From Coniocarpon cinnabarinum (lineage: Eukaryota): DNA of 64,000 bases. The notes below the pieces were generated by a model. That model did no database searches and was not told the DNA's origin. It saw only the letters and a program-made list of their open reading frames with translations. The position numbers and the translations under genes were made by a program. The stretch's first letter is position 1. Each line of letters opens with the position of its first letter. Positions 48,645 to 59,552 of this stretch are shown here, piece by piece. Where the stretch lies: NCBI GenBank assembly GCA_051942205.1, contig JAVECO010000012.1, positions 62,001-126,000 of the forward strand, in the 5' to 3' direction.

Positions 48645-49308
48645 CTGAATGTTTGGAAGAAGCTCAATGGATGACAAAGAGTAAAAGAATGTCGTAATAT
48701 CGATTAGTGCAATCTCGAGTGTGGAAAACCTGTTAATCGGAATGCTGAGTGTTAGCACGCATCGCGAAGCCGATTGTTTGAAAGAGGGCAGGCAGCCGAC
48801 ATGTTGAGCTGTGTTTGCCTCTTCGCGCGTTTGACCGGTCTCTGCCTGAAGAACGACAGGTGGTACATGACCGCATATCGGTCTGTGTCAAGGTTAAAAA
48901 GCCCGTCGACAAATCTTAGACGCCGGTTCAGACGAGTTCGGGTACCAGCGGCATTTGTGCGGTAGCATCTTCGCGGAGCCGAGAGGTGCTCCACTTTGCA
49001 GGTGGTAAGCGCTCATGTCGATGAGGTACCGCTAGGTCCTGTCTTGCCTTTCCAAACTTCCAAAACGGGGCAGCACAAGCGAGCGCGTGCTTCATGAACT
49101 TTCGTGGCGGTTCGTGCGAAATATCTTTTCAAGCTGGCCTACACATCCCTTAATGATGTCGTTGACAAGTTGCACATGGCTGGTATTGCTACGTCTGAGA
49201 TAAGACATCTGCTTCAGATATTGAGCATCAGCTCGTGCCTTCTACCAGTAACCAATCGCGCTTACAACCTTCCTCTATCCGCATACATCAGTTCTTGCTG
49301 ACAATATC

Positions 49309-50185
49309 ATGTTTGTGATACCATGTCAGAACCAGCCAGCCACGGCACTTGTGAGCCATTTAAGCAGTGCCGAGCTCGGCGAGATCTATTACCTTGGAGC
49401 CCCGACCGCCAAAGACTACCGCAACAAGGACAAGAAGGATGGAGTCAAGGCCGATCAGAATATCATCGAGCTTCATTTCCCGTCCCCGCTGGAGATCATC
49501 CTTGTGATTGCGACGCACATGCTCGATAGTGCATTCGAAGAGATGACGACGAATCTACCAGCCAAACCCTGTCGAAGGAACTATCACTTTCTTGTCCTAG
49601 CCGTTGCGAGGGGACCTGGTCGCACGGATGTCATTTACTTTCCCACTTTCGGAGTGTTTCAGTACGTCTACTTCGCTTCAAGACTGATGGTGGTCAACAA
49701 GACCATCTGGAACCACACTCGGAAGGTAAGCGAGAGGAGAAGCGAGCGGTCGACGCGCATTTCCAGGAGCATTCACCATGAGATCATTTAGCAGCGTCAA
49801 ACACTTCGGTCGAAATGCTAACACTGCAATCTAGATGTTTGGCGCACACTTGGCCGCCTGTAGAGCGTTGGAGACAGAAAAGCTTCGCGAGCGTGTGATC
49901 CACAACGAGAGGAATCACAACTTCTCTCGCGAGCAGGAGCTTTGTATGTGCTTAATGCAGAAGAAATGCCTTCCCCCTTCTTGCAAGACGACTGAGCGGC
50001 TGCATCTTGCGATTGAGGTCTTGGAAGAGTTTCGCATTAGTTTGGTGAACAAGCTGGGGTATACTGACACTGATGACCCTGATTATCACGGTGGACGCTT
50101 CTTTGATCCCAGCAATCCGCAAAGCAAGCCTTTTGATTTTCAACACCACGTGGCCTACTTGCCTGATTTTCTATTGGATAAATAA
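49309..50185 (+). CDS. Small F-box-like family protein 8 (hypothetical), 2 exons, intron 49726-49834; start codon uncertain
   Basis: FPSPLEIILVIATHML...YFASRLMVVNKTIWNHTRK|MFG. Donor GTAAGC, branch GCTAAC, acceptor TAG. Exon 2 has HNERNH...CMC...C...C. Confidence 0.68.
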
Positions 50186-50527
50186 GTATCAGTCCATAGC
50201 ATAGATCACGGGACCGGGATATACTTATACTTGTGCCGGACTTAGGATGGATCGCCCCATCTTCGCGTGATGGTCTGGTGGGGAAGGGGGGCTTAAAGTG
50301 TTGATCACGGCGCTGTGTAGCTCTATTGTAGTTGTGTAGGAGGTAGAAGCATTTCTGCAACTGTTAATTTCTTTTCTTAAAAATGTCGGCTCCATCTCTC
50401 ACCTACAACTTATCAGGCGCTGCAACGTTCTTAACCGGCGAGCTTGTGCGTCCTCTTTACAATCTTCCGCCATCTGGGACCCCAGCTCAGAAAAGACAAC
50501 AGTCACTGATGATCAAGTCTGACGTCC

Positions 50528-51239
50528 ATGGCGCCTGATACTCAAAGTCCGCATGCTAAGCCCGATGCTACTCACGATAGCAAGGAGGTGACGCCTTACC
50601 GTCCTCGCCTACCGACTGAGATCATACTCAAGATTGTGAACGAACTCCTCGGCGATGAATTCGAAAAGATTTGCAGACCTCCACTAGTGCCGCTGCGGCC
50701 TACATCCATCTTTGTTACGGTGATAGGTCCCTCAATCTACGGTTGGCGTGAGTTTCTGTGGGATCACCGCAGAAGTTTCATATCCAGAGATCTTCACAGC
50801 TACGTCAAGGCTGCGCTGCAGATCAGACACAGCAATAAGATGATGATGGGCCATGTTCAAAAGGTAATTTAAATTTCCCTTGGTTTCTCAACTTGCGGTT
50901 TTGAGTCATGGTGTCGGGAAGCGCCGCTCCCTGGAGCTCACCGTTTCGCATTACGTCGGAAAGTTTTGGGACACAGCGATAAACAAAGCTAACGCAAGGT
51001 ATGCACAGGTGGTCGATGAACAAATGCAGATTTGTCGGGGATTGAGAGCAGATGCCGAGCGTCGGCATCGCGAGCACATAGGTCTCGGAAACTTGTGCGG
51101 GGATTGTTCAGCGTATGACTTGATTTACGGTGGAATGCAGTGGCCATGTGGCGTCGCGATTGCATTGGAAAACAAGAGAGATACGTTGGACAGAGTGAGT
51201 GGACTCCTCACTTTTCTCCAGGATGGCTGTCCAGAGTGA
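50528..51239 (+). CDS. Small F-box-like family protein 9 (hypothetical), 2 exons, intron 50864-50963
   Basis: PRLPTEIILKIVNELL...YVKAALQIRHSNKMMMGHVQK|FWDT. Donor GTAATT, GCTCAC branch-like site and AAG acceptor restore the frame. HREH...CGDC-x13-C. Confidence 0.68.
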
Positions 51240-52242
51240 GACTACGACACGTGGCAGAAAGCATGAGCGTACGCCCTGTCGTCCTTAGATCTCATTATAG
51301 CATCATTAGAGATGTCGACTGATCTTCTGAATGATGGACCTTATCGTTCGTTGAAGTGCAAAACTGTTGTCAGATTTGAGTTCTTGGGTTGGAAAAGGTT
51401 GTATTGTGCCCCAGTGGATCATTTCCGATGGCTGAGACGCCGTTTCAAGATTTCGAAGTCGCCTGTCGCCAATGTCCAAAGCCGGCATCGATAGAGTAAT
51501 GGAGATTCCAATTGACCTTAGCGCGAGGCTCGGAAGACGACATCAAGTGTAATCAAGACTGTTCAATGGGTCTGTAGGTGTTGTGGGCCTGCTCCACTGT
51601 GCTTCTCCCAAATTCAATCGATCTAGTGTGAATCGTCTCGTGCTTTGAGCCGCATTCCTTACAACAGAAAGGCGTCCCATAATAGTCTGGTAAGGCTTGC
51701 CTTTCAAGAATTCTGACTGCCTGCGACGGAGTAGATGTGTGTGACTGTGCCAAAAGACCGGGAGTGACCCTAGTTCTGCTTATTCTGGGACTCACAGAAG
51801 TGTAAACGTAGGTGGACGGCCCAAAAGCCCCATCGATCGTAACGCAACTACGGTAAGGGATATCACGAACGATCTCACGCCCTCGTTATCCGGCGATCAG
51901 GCAGCGCCATCAAGACAAAATAGCCTCTTCGCCGAAACGCATCCCATGTAGGCAATCGAGCTGAGAAGGGAATCCCCCACTACAAGAACCGCGAACGCGG
52001 CTTTCAAGTCCTCGGGAAACCATCCACTGCAAGATCCAGCACTATCCCTCAGAGCCTTCACGCTGTCAGGATTAAAAAGTCGCCCTTTTGACAGCATGCA
52101 ATCTGAGACTTCTCGTAGAAGCCAGGCTGCAACAAGGAGAAATCAGAACAACCTTTCTCTCTATCCAGCACGTCACCGAGTCACAACCTACCAAACAAAA
52201 ATCAACACCACCAAAACACCTATACAACGGATTAAAAAAGAC

Positions 52243-52250
52243 AAAAAAAA
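52243..52250 (-). terminator. RNA polymerase III terminator (T8) of the tRNA-Pro gene
   Basis: T8 tract on the minus strand ~20 nt downstream of the tRNA 3' end. Confidence 0.7.
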
Positions 52251-52269
52251 GTTCAATGAAGCGCTTCAG

Positions 52270-52387
52270 GGGTCTAACCGCGATTCGAACGCGGGGCCTC
52301 TCGCAGATCAGGAAGAACCCAGAGTTTCGAAGCTCCGGGGGGAGGAAAAAGCCCGAAGCGAGAATCATACCACTAGACCATTAGACC
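52270..52387 (-). tRNA. tRNA-Pro(CGG) with a 46-nt intron (52351-52306)
   Basis: GGTCTAATGGTCTAGTGGTATGATTCTCGCTTCGGG[intron]TGCGAGAGGCCCCGCGTTCGAATCGCGGTTAGACCC. Acceptor stem GGTCTAA/TTAGACC, anticodon stem CTCGC/GCGAG, T-loop TTCGAAT, intron after position 37. Confidence 0.95.
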
Positions 52388-52686
52388 TTGCCGTATAAGT
52401 CAGGCAAGCTGCAGCCGTCATTCAACCTATATTCTCTTTATTGCAGCGTTCAATCGATGGGCACTTCTATGCGGTCAAGAGACATTTGAAGATGCCGAAA
52501 ACAGACACAACGATTATGTCATTAAACCATTGAGCATCTCTCATTGATCATGATAGTAATGTTGAAGTTAGATACCAACACGCCTGGCCACACCCAACGC
52601 TCTTACACACAACAACGCCACTAGACCCACCCGCACCTCCACAAAGCCCAAACCTCTTGAGAAGAAGACCCCCGAGAAGACCTCAC

Positions 52687-54990
52687 TCACTTGCCATAAG
52701 CGCGATCAACCCCATCTTGATACTTATTCAAGATACCTTTCCGATTCAACTTCTGCGCCGAGGTAATCAAGCCATTTTGCGGAGTCCACTCCTCATCCGC
52801 CAGGACGACACCCTGAATGAGCTCGAAACTTTGCAACCCGCCGCCCTTGCCGCCCTTCTGCAGCTCGCTCAGCACGAGCTCATTGACTTTCTGGTCGTTG
52901 ACGAGTTCTTCGACGGAGTCGCCTTTCACGCCGTTGCTGTTGGCGATAGATTTGAGGGCGGGTTCGGCAGGGACGATGATGGCGATGGGTTTTTGTTGGT
53001 CTTCGGCGGCGTAGATGCAGATGTTGGCGACGATGGGGACGGAGCGGTAGATGGATTCGAGCTGGGTGTCTTGTTAGCAATGTTCCTGACAATGTCTCCA
53101 AGACTGGAACAGGGTGGAGATGGCACTCACTTTCTCAAGAGCAATGTACTCGCCGTTGAGCGTCTTGACGAGGTTCTTCTTCCGGTCGGTGACGCGAAGA
53201 CTGCCTTTGCTGTCGAATTCACCAATGTCGCCCGTCTTGAACCAGCCGTCCACGAATGACTCTTTGCTCTCCTCAGGCAAGTCGAGGTAGCCTTCAGAGA
53301 CAGAGTCGCCGCGTATCCAGATCTCACCTTGCGGAGGGTTATTGGTTGTGAGGTACCCAAGATCGGGGCAGTCCACAAGTTTGACCTCAACACAGGCTGG
53401 CATTTCGCCAATTGCATTCGACGTCCAGCCCGCTGGATCCATCAAAGCAGCCATGGCTGATGTTTCGGTCAGGCCATAGCCACTGATCATGGGCGTAATG
53501 GCCATGGAGATGAACTTTTGCGTGTCCTTCGCAATAGGACCACCACCGCTCATGCAAATGCGCAAACGTCCACCAGTAGCATCTTTGATCTTGTTGAACA
53601 CCAACGAGTCCAGCACGCCTGCACCGGGAATGCCGTTGTTCAACATGGCGCTCTTGGCTCGCATTGCCGACCAGAACATGTTTTGGACTACAGTACTGCT
53701 GGCGTTAACTTTACCGATGATTCCCTTCTTAACAGACTCCCACACAGCTGGAACTCCGACCATGATTGACGGCCTGAACTCACGAATGTCACCCTTGCAG
53801 TTCTTGACTGATTGGTCGGATAGAGTCTTCGGGTGGCCGTATCCCATAACGCCGCCCCAGTAGAAGTTGGCCAGCTCAAAGATGAACTCCAGGATGTGCG
53901 CCAGTGGCAGGTATGCAATCAACCCATCGCCAGGGCCGATGTATTGGCCCACGATGGCGTCAATGCCAGACAGCGCGGCAATAACATTCTTATGCGACAG
54001 TAGCACTCCTTTGGGTGGACCAGTAGAGCCGGATGTGTACATGACGCAGCAAAGGTCGGCGGGCTCGGGCAACGTCAGGTCCACGGGATTGTCCTGTCCC
54101 AGCTTCTGGAGATCATTGAAGCTCATGATGGTGACGTGCGGGTGCGCATTCTTCACGGCGTCGATGTCTTCTTGCTTCATCTTGCCTTCGGGCTCACTGT
54201 TGTAGATGACGTACTGGATGTCTCGGGCGTTCTTGAGGGGATTCAAAAGTTTCACGACAAGCTGCTGATCTAGAAAGATAGCTTTGGCGTGTGTTTGCTT
54301 CATCGAGTGTTCGAGGCCTTCTTCACCAAGCGAGTCATATGCCGTGACAATTGGGAAGGATTGGCTGGCAGAACCTGTTTGAGGTTAGCTGTAGATTCAA
54401 GAAGCTTCAGAATTGAAGAATCAGCTCACCATGCGCCATAGCGAGCCACCAGGGACTGTTGTAGCAGGCATGATTAGCTTGTCATACAGAGTACAGTGTG
54501 CACGGCTGATTGCATACCTTGTTGCTCCGAACAAGTGCACGCGATCGCCCGTGGTCATACCCAGCTTTCGCAGACCGGCACCAGCACGCACTGCGATCTT
54601 CTCATATTCGATGAAGCTGATGTACTCGTACCCACTATACTCGTAGTATGTCCACTTCTTGTCGACCATTTGCTCCTTGCCATCTACTGTCTTCTTGATC
54701 TGTTTAACTTCCTCATGCTCCTTGATTAGCTTTCTGAACCCCACCGCCTTAGCATTGCCGTATTTTGAGGAGCCGCGTTTGACGACGTCCCAGACTGTCT
54801 CGATGCCTGGTTCGGGTGTGCTTTTGAGGCCATCTTTACACCGGTGATTCACGCGGGGAATCGTCTCTCCAGGCTTTGCAGATACACCAGGTCTTTCAAT
54901 GGTGTATGGAGGCTGCTTGTAGGCCTTGGGTTGGGGGTTCCATGACTTTGGATCTTGGGGAACCATCTCGCCAGACCACACGTTTCCCAT
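52687..54990 (-). CDS. FAA1: Long-chain fatty-acid-CoA ligase, multi-exon
   Basis: KPGETIPR; KKWTYYEYSGYEY; AMP-binding YTSGSTGPPKG; YLPLAHILE; GYGLTET; WFKTGDIG; DRKKNLVKTLNGEYIALEK; WTPQNGLITSAQKLNR. Confidence 0.95.
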
Positions 54991-55660
54991 GCAAGATCTG
55001 GGCGCGGCTCGAAAAGGTGTGGAACACGGTCAGATAGGTGCTGTAGGTACACGGCGAGCTTGCGGATAGCTAGGAGCGAAGGACAGGCCGAACAGGTGGC
55101 TTTAGAACATGAGGTATTTTGGTTTGGGGGCCTTGTCGCTGCGTAATGTGAAGATCCCGCCGCCGCAACAACGATCTAGCTTGAGGATGACTCTGCCAAG
55201 CCTTGAGGACGGAAAGCTCCGCCCCTCGGCTGATCTCGCCTCACCCTGTCCACGTGCCTCTGTGCCACCCATTGTCACCGCGGTTGCCTGAGGCGCACCG
55301 AGTTCAATGGAAAAGTGCTACAGAGTCACCCTGTCCATCAGGAGAAGCGAACGTGGCAACGAGGGCGCGAGAGCCCTAGGTCTCTTGTGGCAGGGCGGTC
55401 CTTTTGCATCCTCGATCATTTGGGGCAATAACTCCGCCCGGTGATCGACGCGCGCCTTGTGGCCTTCTTCGAGTCTGCTCTGAGAGATCGTCCGACGGTC
55501 AAACAACAACCTGTCTGCGGGACGATGTCGCCTGATCGTGCATGGCAACTCGATTGCGAAGTCACACCAGCACTTGGACAATCGTACCGTCCTCACAGCG
55601 GGATGCTGCCACGATGACCACACAATCATCCTCATGCGGACGGATGTAATGAACCGCGGG

Positions 55661-56623
55661 ATGATGAACAACGTGCCCGATTATACGCGGATGTTCGTGC
55701 CAGACGTTGGCGAAGAAGTACAGGATGCGGCAGAAGGTAGTGCTCTAAATTTGCTTCATTCAGCTAAGCGTGCTGACGCGACGTTGCGTTGTACAGAGGT
55801 ATTCGATATCACCTGCAATGCAAAGTCTAACCACGGACTTGGTATGATCGACTCGAAGGCACAGTCAATAGAAGTTACGGTTGCCGGGCACGACTATACA
55901 CTCCAACAGTCTCTGGGAATCCTGCAGTCCAACCGGAGCGGCGGCACTACGGGCGGTGCCATCTGGCAGGCCAGTGTCCACGTAGCAGATTGGCTCGCCT
56001 CGTCTCGGAATCCGCTTGCCTCGCCGCAGTTTGCTCAACACATCGCCGGCTCCAGTGCGATTGAACTTGGCTGTGGCATCTGTCCACTGCTTGCATTGGC
56101 GATGCGGGGCCAAGTAGCCCGCTACATCGCGACCGACCAAGAATACATCCTACCACATTTTCAACAAAACTTGACGAACAACACGACGGATGCAAACCCA
56201 ATGCGGAAGCATGCGACTGCAAGCAAGAAGCTGTCGCATGATGCGACGACTATCGAGACGCTCGCGCTTGATTGGGAAATCCACGACGTCGCACGACAAC
56301 TCCGACAGCATTTGAATGCGTCCACAGCCCCCGTGAAGATCTCGCTGATACTTGCGTGCGACTGCGTCTTCAATGAGTACCTCGTCCAGCCGTTTGTGCA
56401 GACGTGTTTGACGATCTGCGACTTGCAACGTCAGGCGCAGTCAGACTTGGAAACAGTATGCGTCGTTGCGCAGCAGGTTCGATCGCCCGACATCATGGAA
56501 ATATGGATGTCAGCGATGATGGAGCATTTTCGCCTGTTTCGAGTGCATGAAAGCCACCTGACGGAGAACTTGAAACCGGCGTCGGGATTCGTTGTGCACC
56601 TGGCAATGCTCAAAGCAGCCTGA
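55661..56623 (+). CDS. RKM5: Seven-beta-strand protein lysine methyltransferase (METTL21/Rkm5-like); probable 60-nt intron 55737-55796; start uncertain
   Basis: GLGMIDSKA...LQQSLGILQSNRSGGTTGGAIW; motif I IELGCG; YIATDQEY; LDWE; ILACDCVFNEYLV; AQQVRS. Confidence 0.8.
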   Translation: MMNNVPDYTRMFVPDVGEEVQDAAEGSALNLLHSAKRADATLRCTEVFDITCNAKSNHGLGMIDSKAQSIEVTVAGHDYTLQQSLGILQSNRSGGTTGGAIWQASVHVADWLASSRNPLASPQFAQHIAGSSAIELGCGICPLLALAMRGQVARYIATDQEYILPHFQQNLTNNTTDANPMRKHATASKKLSHDATTIETLALDWEIHDVARQLRQHLNASTAPVKISLILACDCVFNEYLVQPFVQTCLTICDLQRQAQSDLETVCVVAQQVRSPDIMEIWMSAMMEHFRLFRVHESHLTENLKPASGFVVHLAMLKAA

Positions 56624-59090
56624 CCGCAACCGAGCACCGCAGCATCATGCAATGTGCATGAGCAATATTGATTCGAAGTCTAATTAGCTACCCTACCTAC
56701 ACCTGCAGGCGGCCCGCTGCACCCAAAGGGGCAAGCTTCTGGATGCGTAGAGGACGTTTCAGATCGGCGGGTTCGCAGTGGAGGCGATGTTGTGCAAGAG
56801 AACCGGCGTAGAAGAGTTCACGAGTTCACGAAGCCTTCCCGGTCTTGCCTTGGGGGGCTTAGTAACGCTGCACAGGATGCAGTAGTGAACAGTTGGACAA
56901 AGAGCATCTAACGGCGCCAGGCGCAGGGTCGTGGGGGCGCGGCGCGAGAGCAGTATAAGGCAGAGGAGGGGGAGGAAGAGAAGAAGGAAGGCCGCAAGGT
57001 GAGGCTTGCGCAGGACCGATGGCGCAAAAGTGGAAGGCGAGCGGGCCTGGCGGCTAGGCCCGTCAAGGGAGAGTTGGCGTGCAACGTGGATTGGTTGGAG
57101 GTGGCGCCGTCCAGCGTCCGCAGCCCCAACGCAAAAGTCTGCCTATCTGAGGTATGGAGGGAGGTAGCCAGTGGGCGTCTGGGGAGCCTACTGCGACATT
57201 GACCGCCTTTGCAAGCGCAGGAGCGCCCGGACGTCTGCAGTGCAGTGCAGTGGACTCCTTGGAGAACGAGCAAGTCGAGGCGAGCCCGCTCCGGCATCGG
57301 GATTGCGCCGGACATGTGTTGACAGTCGGTGGTGACAGGGAGCAGAGAGATGGAGAAAGGATGGAAGAGAGATAGAGAGGAGAGAAGAGACAAAGAGCAG
57401 CTCAACGAGCCAGGAAGGGCGTGTGGCTGCCTAGCGTGGCGGCTACACCGTAAGTGCCCAAGAGCTGGAGCTGGAGCCACTAGCCCGGCGGCGAGGGCGC
57501 GGGTGGAGGCATCTTGGCAGCAGGCAGCGTCGGCCCGTGCAAATCGAGTGATGGCTGCATCGTCGCTAGGCCGTTTGGGCGACACTTTGCTCCGCGCTTT
57601 GTCCAGACGGGCGGTGCGGCGGTGCGGCGATGCAAGTTGCGAGTTGTCACCCAGACTGGCGCAGAGTCGTGATTCGGTCCCTGACTCTGTCGGTCGTGTC
57701 CCTCGCAGCAGTGCCGTGCACGGGCCCCTCCGATCTGTCTGGTCATGACTCGACTCTCGCCCCTCTGAGTGGATGGGCGAGCAAGCACTGCCCGGCTCTC
57801 TCGTATCCGTCCCTCAGGACGTCTGTCTACGACCGCGGCGCCCATGTCAAGAGACAGGACAGGAGAATACGACTCTCGCCCGGCGCTTACGGCCAGCTGA
57901 GCAATCAGCAGCAGCGACGAGCTGAGAGAAAAGAGAGACAGGCCCGGTGGGATTGCGCGAGCTCGGGGGTCGGCCTTGCTAAAGCCGAAGCCAGACGCGC
58001 GACTCAGCCAGACGGCGACCGGTGGTGACATTTTCGCACTCAACGCCTCTCACGCCTTTTCTCTTCTCTCGTGCTCTTGCTCCGTTGGGTGCTCCGTAGG
58101 GTACCTACTGCTGCTACTGCTGACTACGCAGCGTGGCAGCCCTGAATCCGCACCCTTAGCCTTCAGGTCCCCTTCTTCTTCTACTCGACTCTCTTCCTCG
58201 TTGCGGCCATCTGACTTTTCACCCTCTTCTCTCCCTCCCCTCTCGCGCAATCATCATCATCAGCATCATCGCCGCCCTTCCCACCGCCGATCCCTCGCAC
58301 GTCACCGATCCTTTCGTCCTCCGCCCTCTCTGCTCTGCGTGCCTTCAATCCGGTCAGCCCTCCAGCTTCGAGCAGTGCTGCATATTTGCTCAACGTCATT
58401 TGCCACACGCTCCGCCATCTGCGATTCCTCCGAAGCGTTTTTCCTATTAGCCTCTGCGAGCCCATCCAGCAGAGCTCCCAACCCACCGCACGACACCCCG
58501 GCGGCAATACACCCATCCAGCTTCTGTTTCATCTACTGGTCCCGGGAGCGTTCGCTTGCGGCCTGGGAGGGGTGTTGTTAGCTTCGATCTGCAGCTGCAG
58601 CGGTTCAGCTGCAAGCTCCGGCATTCTTCCTCTGCACTACGGCGACTTTTTCTTGCTCTCTTCGTCGTCTGCGGCCAGCAAGGTGCAGAGAGTCGCCAGC
58701 GTGCCAGCGTGCCCGCGCGCCAGCCAGCCAACCTGAGCCACCCACTTACCACTCACCTCTCCAGCGTGTCCAGCAAGCACCGCACCGCAACCGCAACCGC
58801 AACCGCGCGTCCCCACCCACCCCCCGGCGTCATCGATCATCCATCCATCAACTCACTCCACTGTCGCCCTGGGACCCAGTCGACCCGTGCTTCCGCCACG
58901 TCCCATCTCTGGTCCACTTTTATGCTCGCGCTTTGGTCCAGGGACCGAAAACCACTACTACACCACGCCTGCGACGGATCAAGGTCCCACTCCTCGCCCA
59001 CCACAGAGCTTGATTGATTCTGTCTCCAGTCCTCTCCCCTCCGCCAACAGTCACTCTGCACGGCCCGTGCTTTGACCAATCTCTTCCATT

Positions 59091-59117
59091 CACCACCACC
59101 ACCACCACCACCACCAC
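59091..59117. repeat. (CAC)9 microsatellite upstream of the C2H2 TF
   Basis: Directly visible. Confidence 0.9.
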
Positions 59118-59552
59118 CAGCTCCTCGCCCGGTTGCTGATTGTTGTTCGGTATTGATTCTGTCGCGTGGTCTCTTCTCGCTGTCCTTACCGCCCCGGTCC
59201 TTCTTTCCATTCGACTGAGATCGATTTTTTTCGAGACTCGACCTTTTTAGCGTCATAACTTGCGCGGCCACGACAAAAGAAAAGTCCCCATTCACCGCAT
59301 TTCCGCGCCCCGACACGTCATTGAGACATTCTCTCTCGCAAGCTCTGACACGCAACTCTCACCGAACTTGATTTGTCCCGCTCATGCTTCACTCCACTCA
59401 TCCTATCTCTCGATAACATCACGCGCGTTCGTCCGCCCCTTGGATAACGCTCTCGGCGTGAGGTACCCCACTCTTCGATAACCAACGGGGCGTATCCACC
59501 AAGCGCGTCCACTGCTCTCCACCAAGATCAGACCCTGGTTTGCTTGCAAACC

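Noticed and set aside
51553..52097. Minus-strand ORFs with LKAAFAVLVV and CCKEC...H as a family relic
   Set aside because: No F-box-like start motif, and no coherent spliced model could be built.
28621..52269. Island as a Starship or other autonomous giant transposon
   Set aside because: No tyrosine-recombinase (DUF3435 captain), transposase or reverse-transcriptase ORF is visible at either end, and I found no flanking direct repeats.
55737..55796. Apparent 20-aa insertion in Rkm5
   Set aside because: It is a stop-free 60-nt GT-AG intron with a GCTGAC branch site that the ORF track reads through.
56908..59355. Many 100-225 aa ORFs on both strands
   Set aside because: Low-complexity translations of GC-rich regulatory DNA with no recognisable domains.
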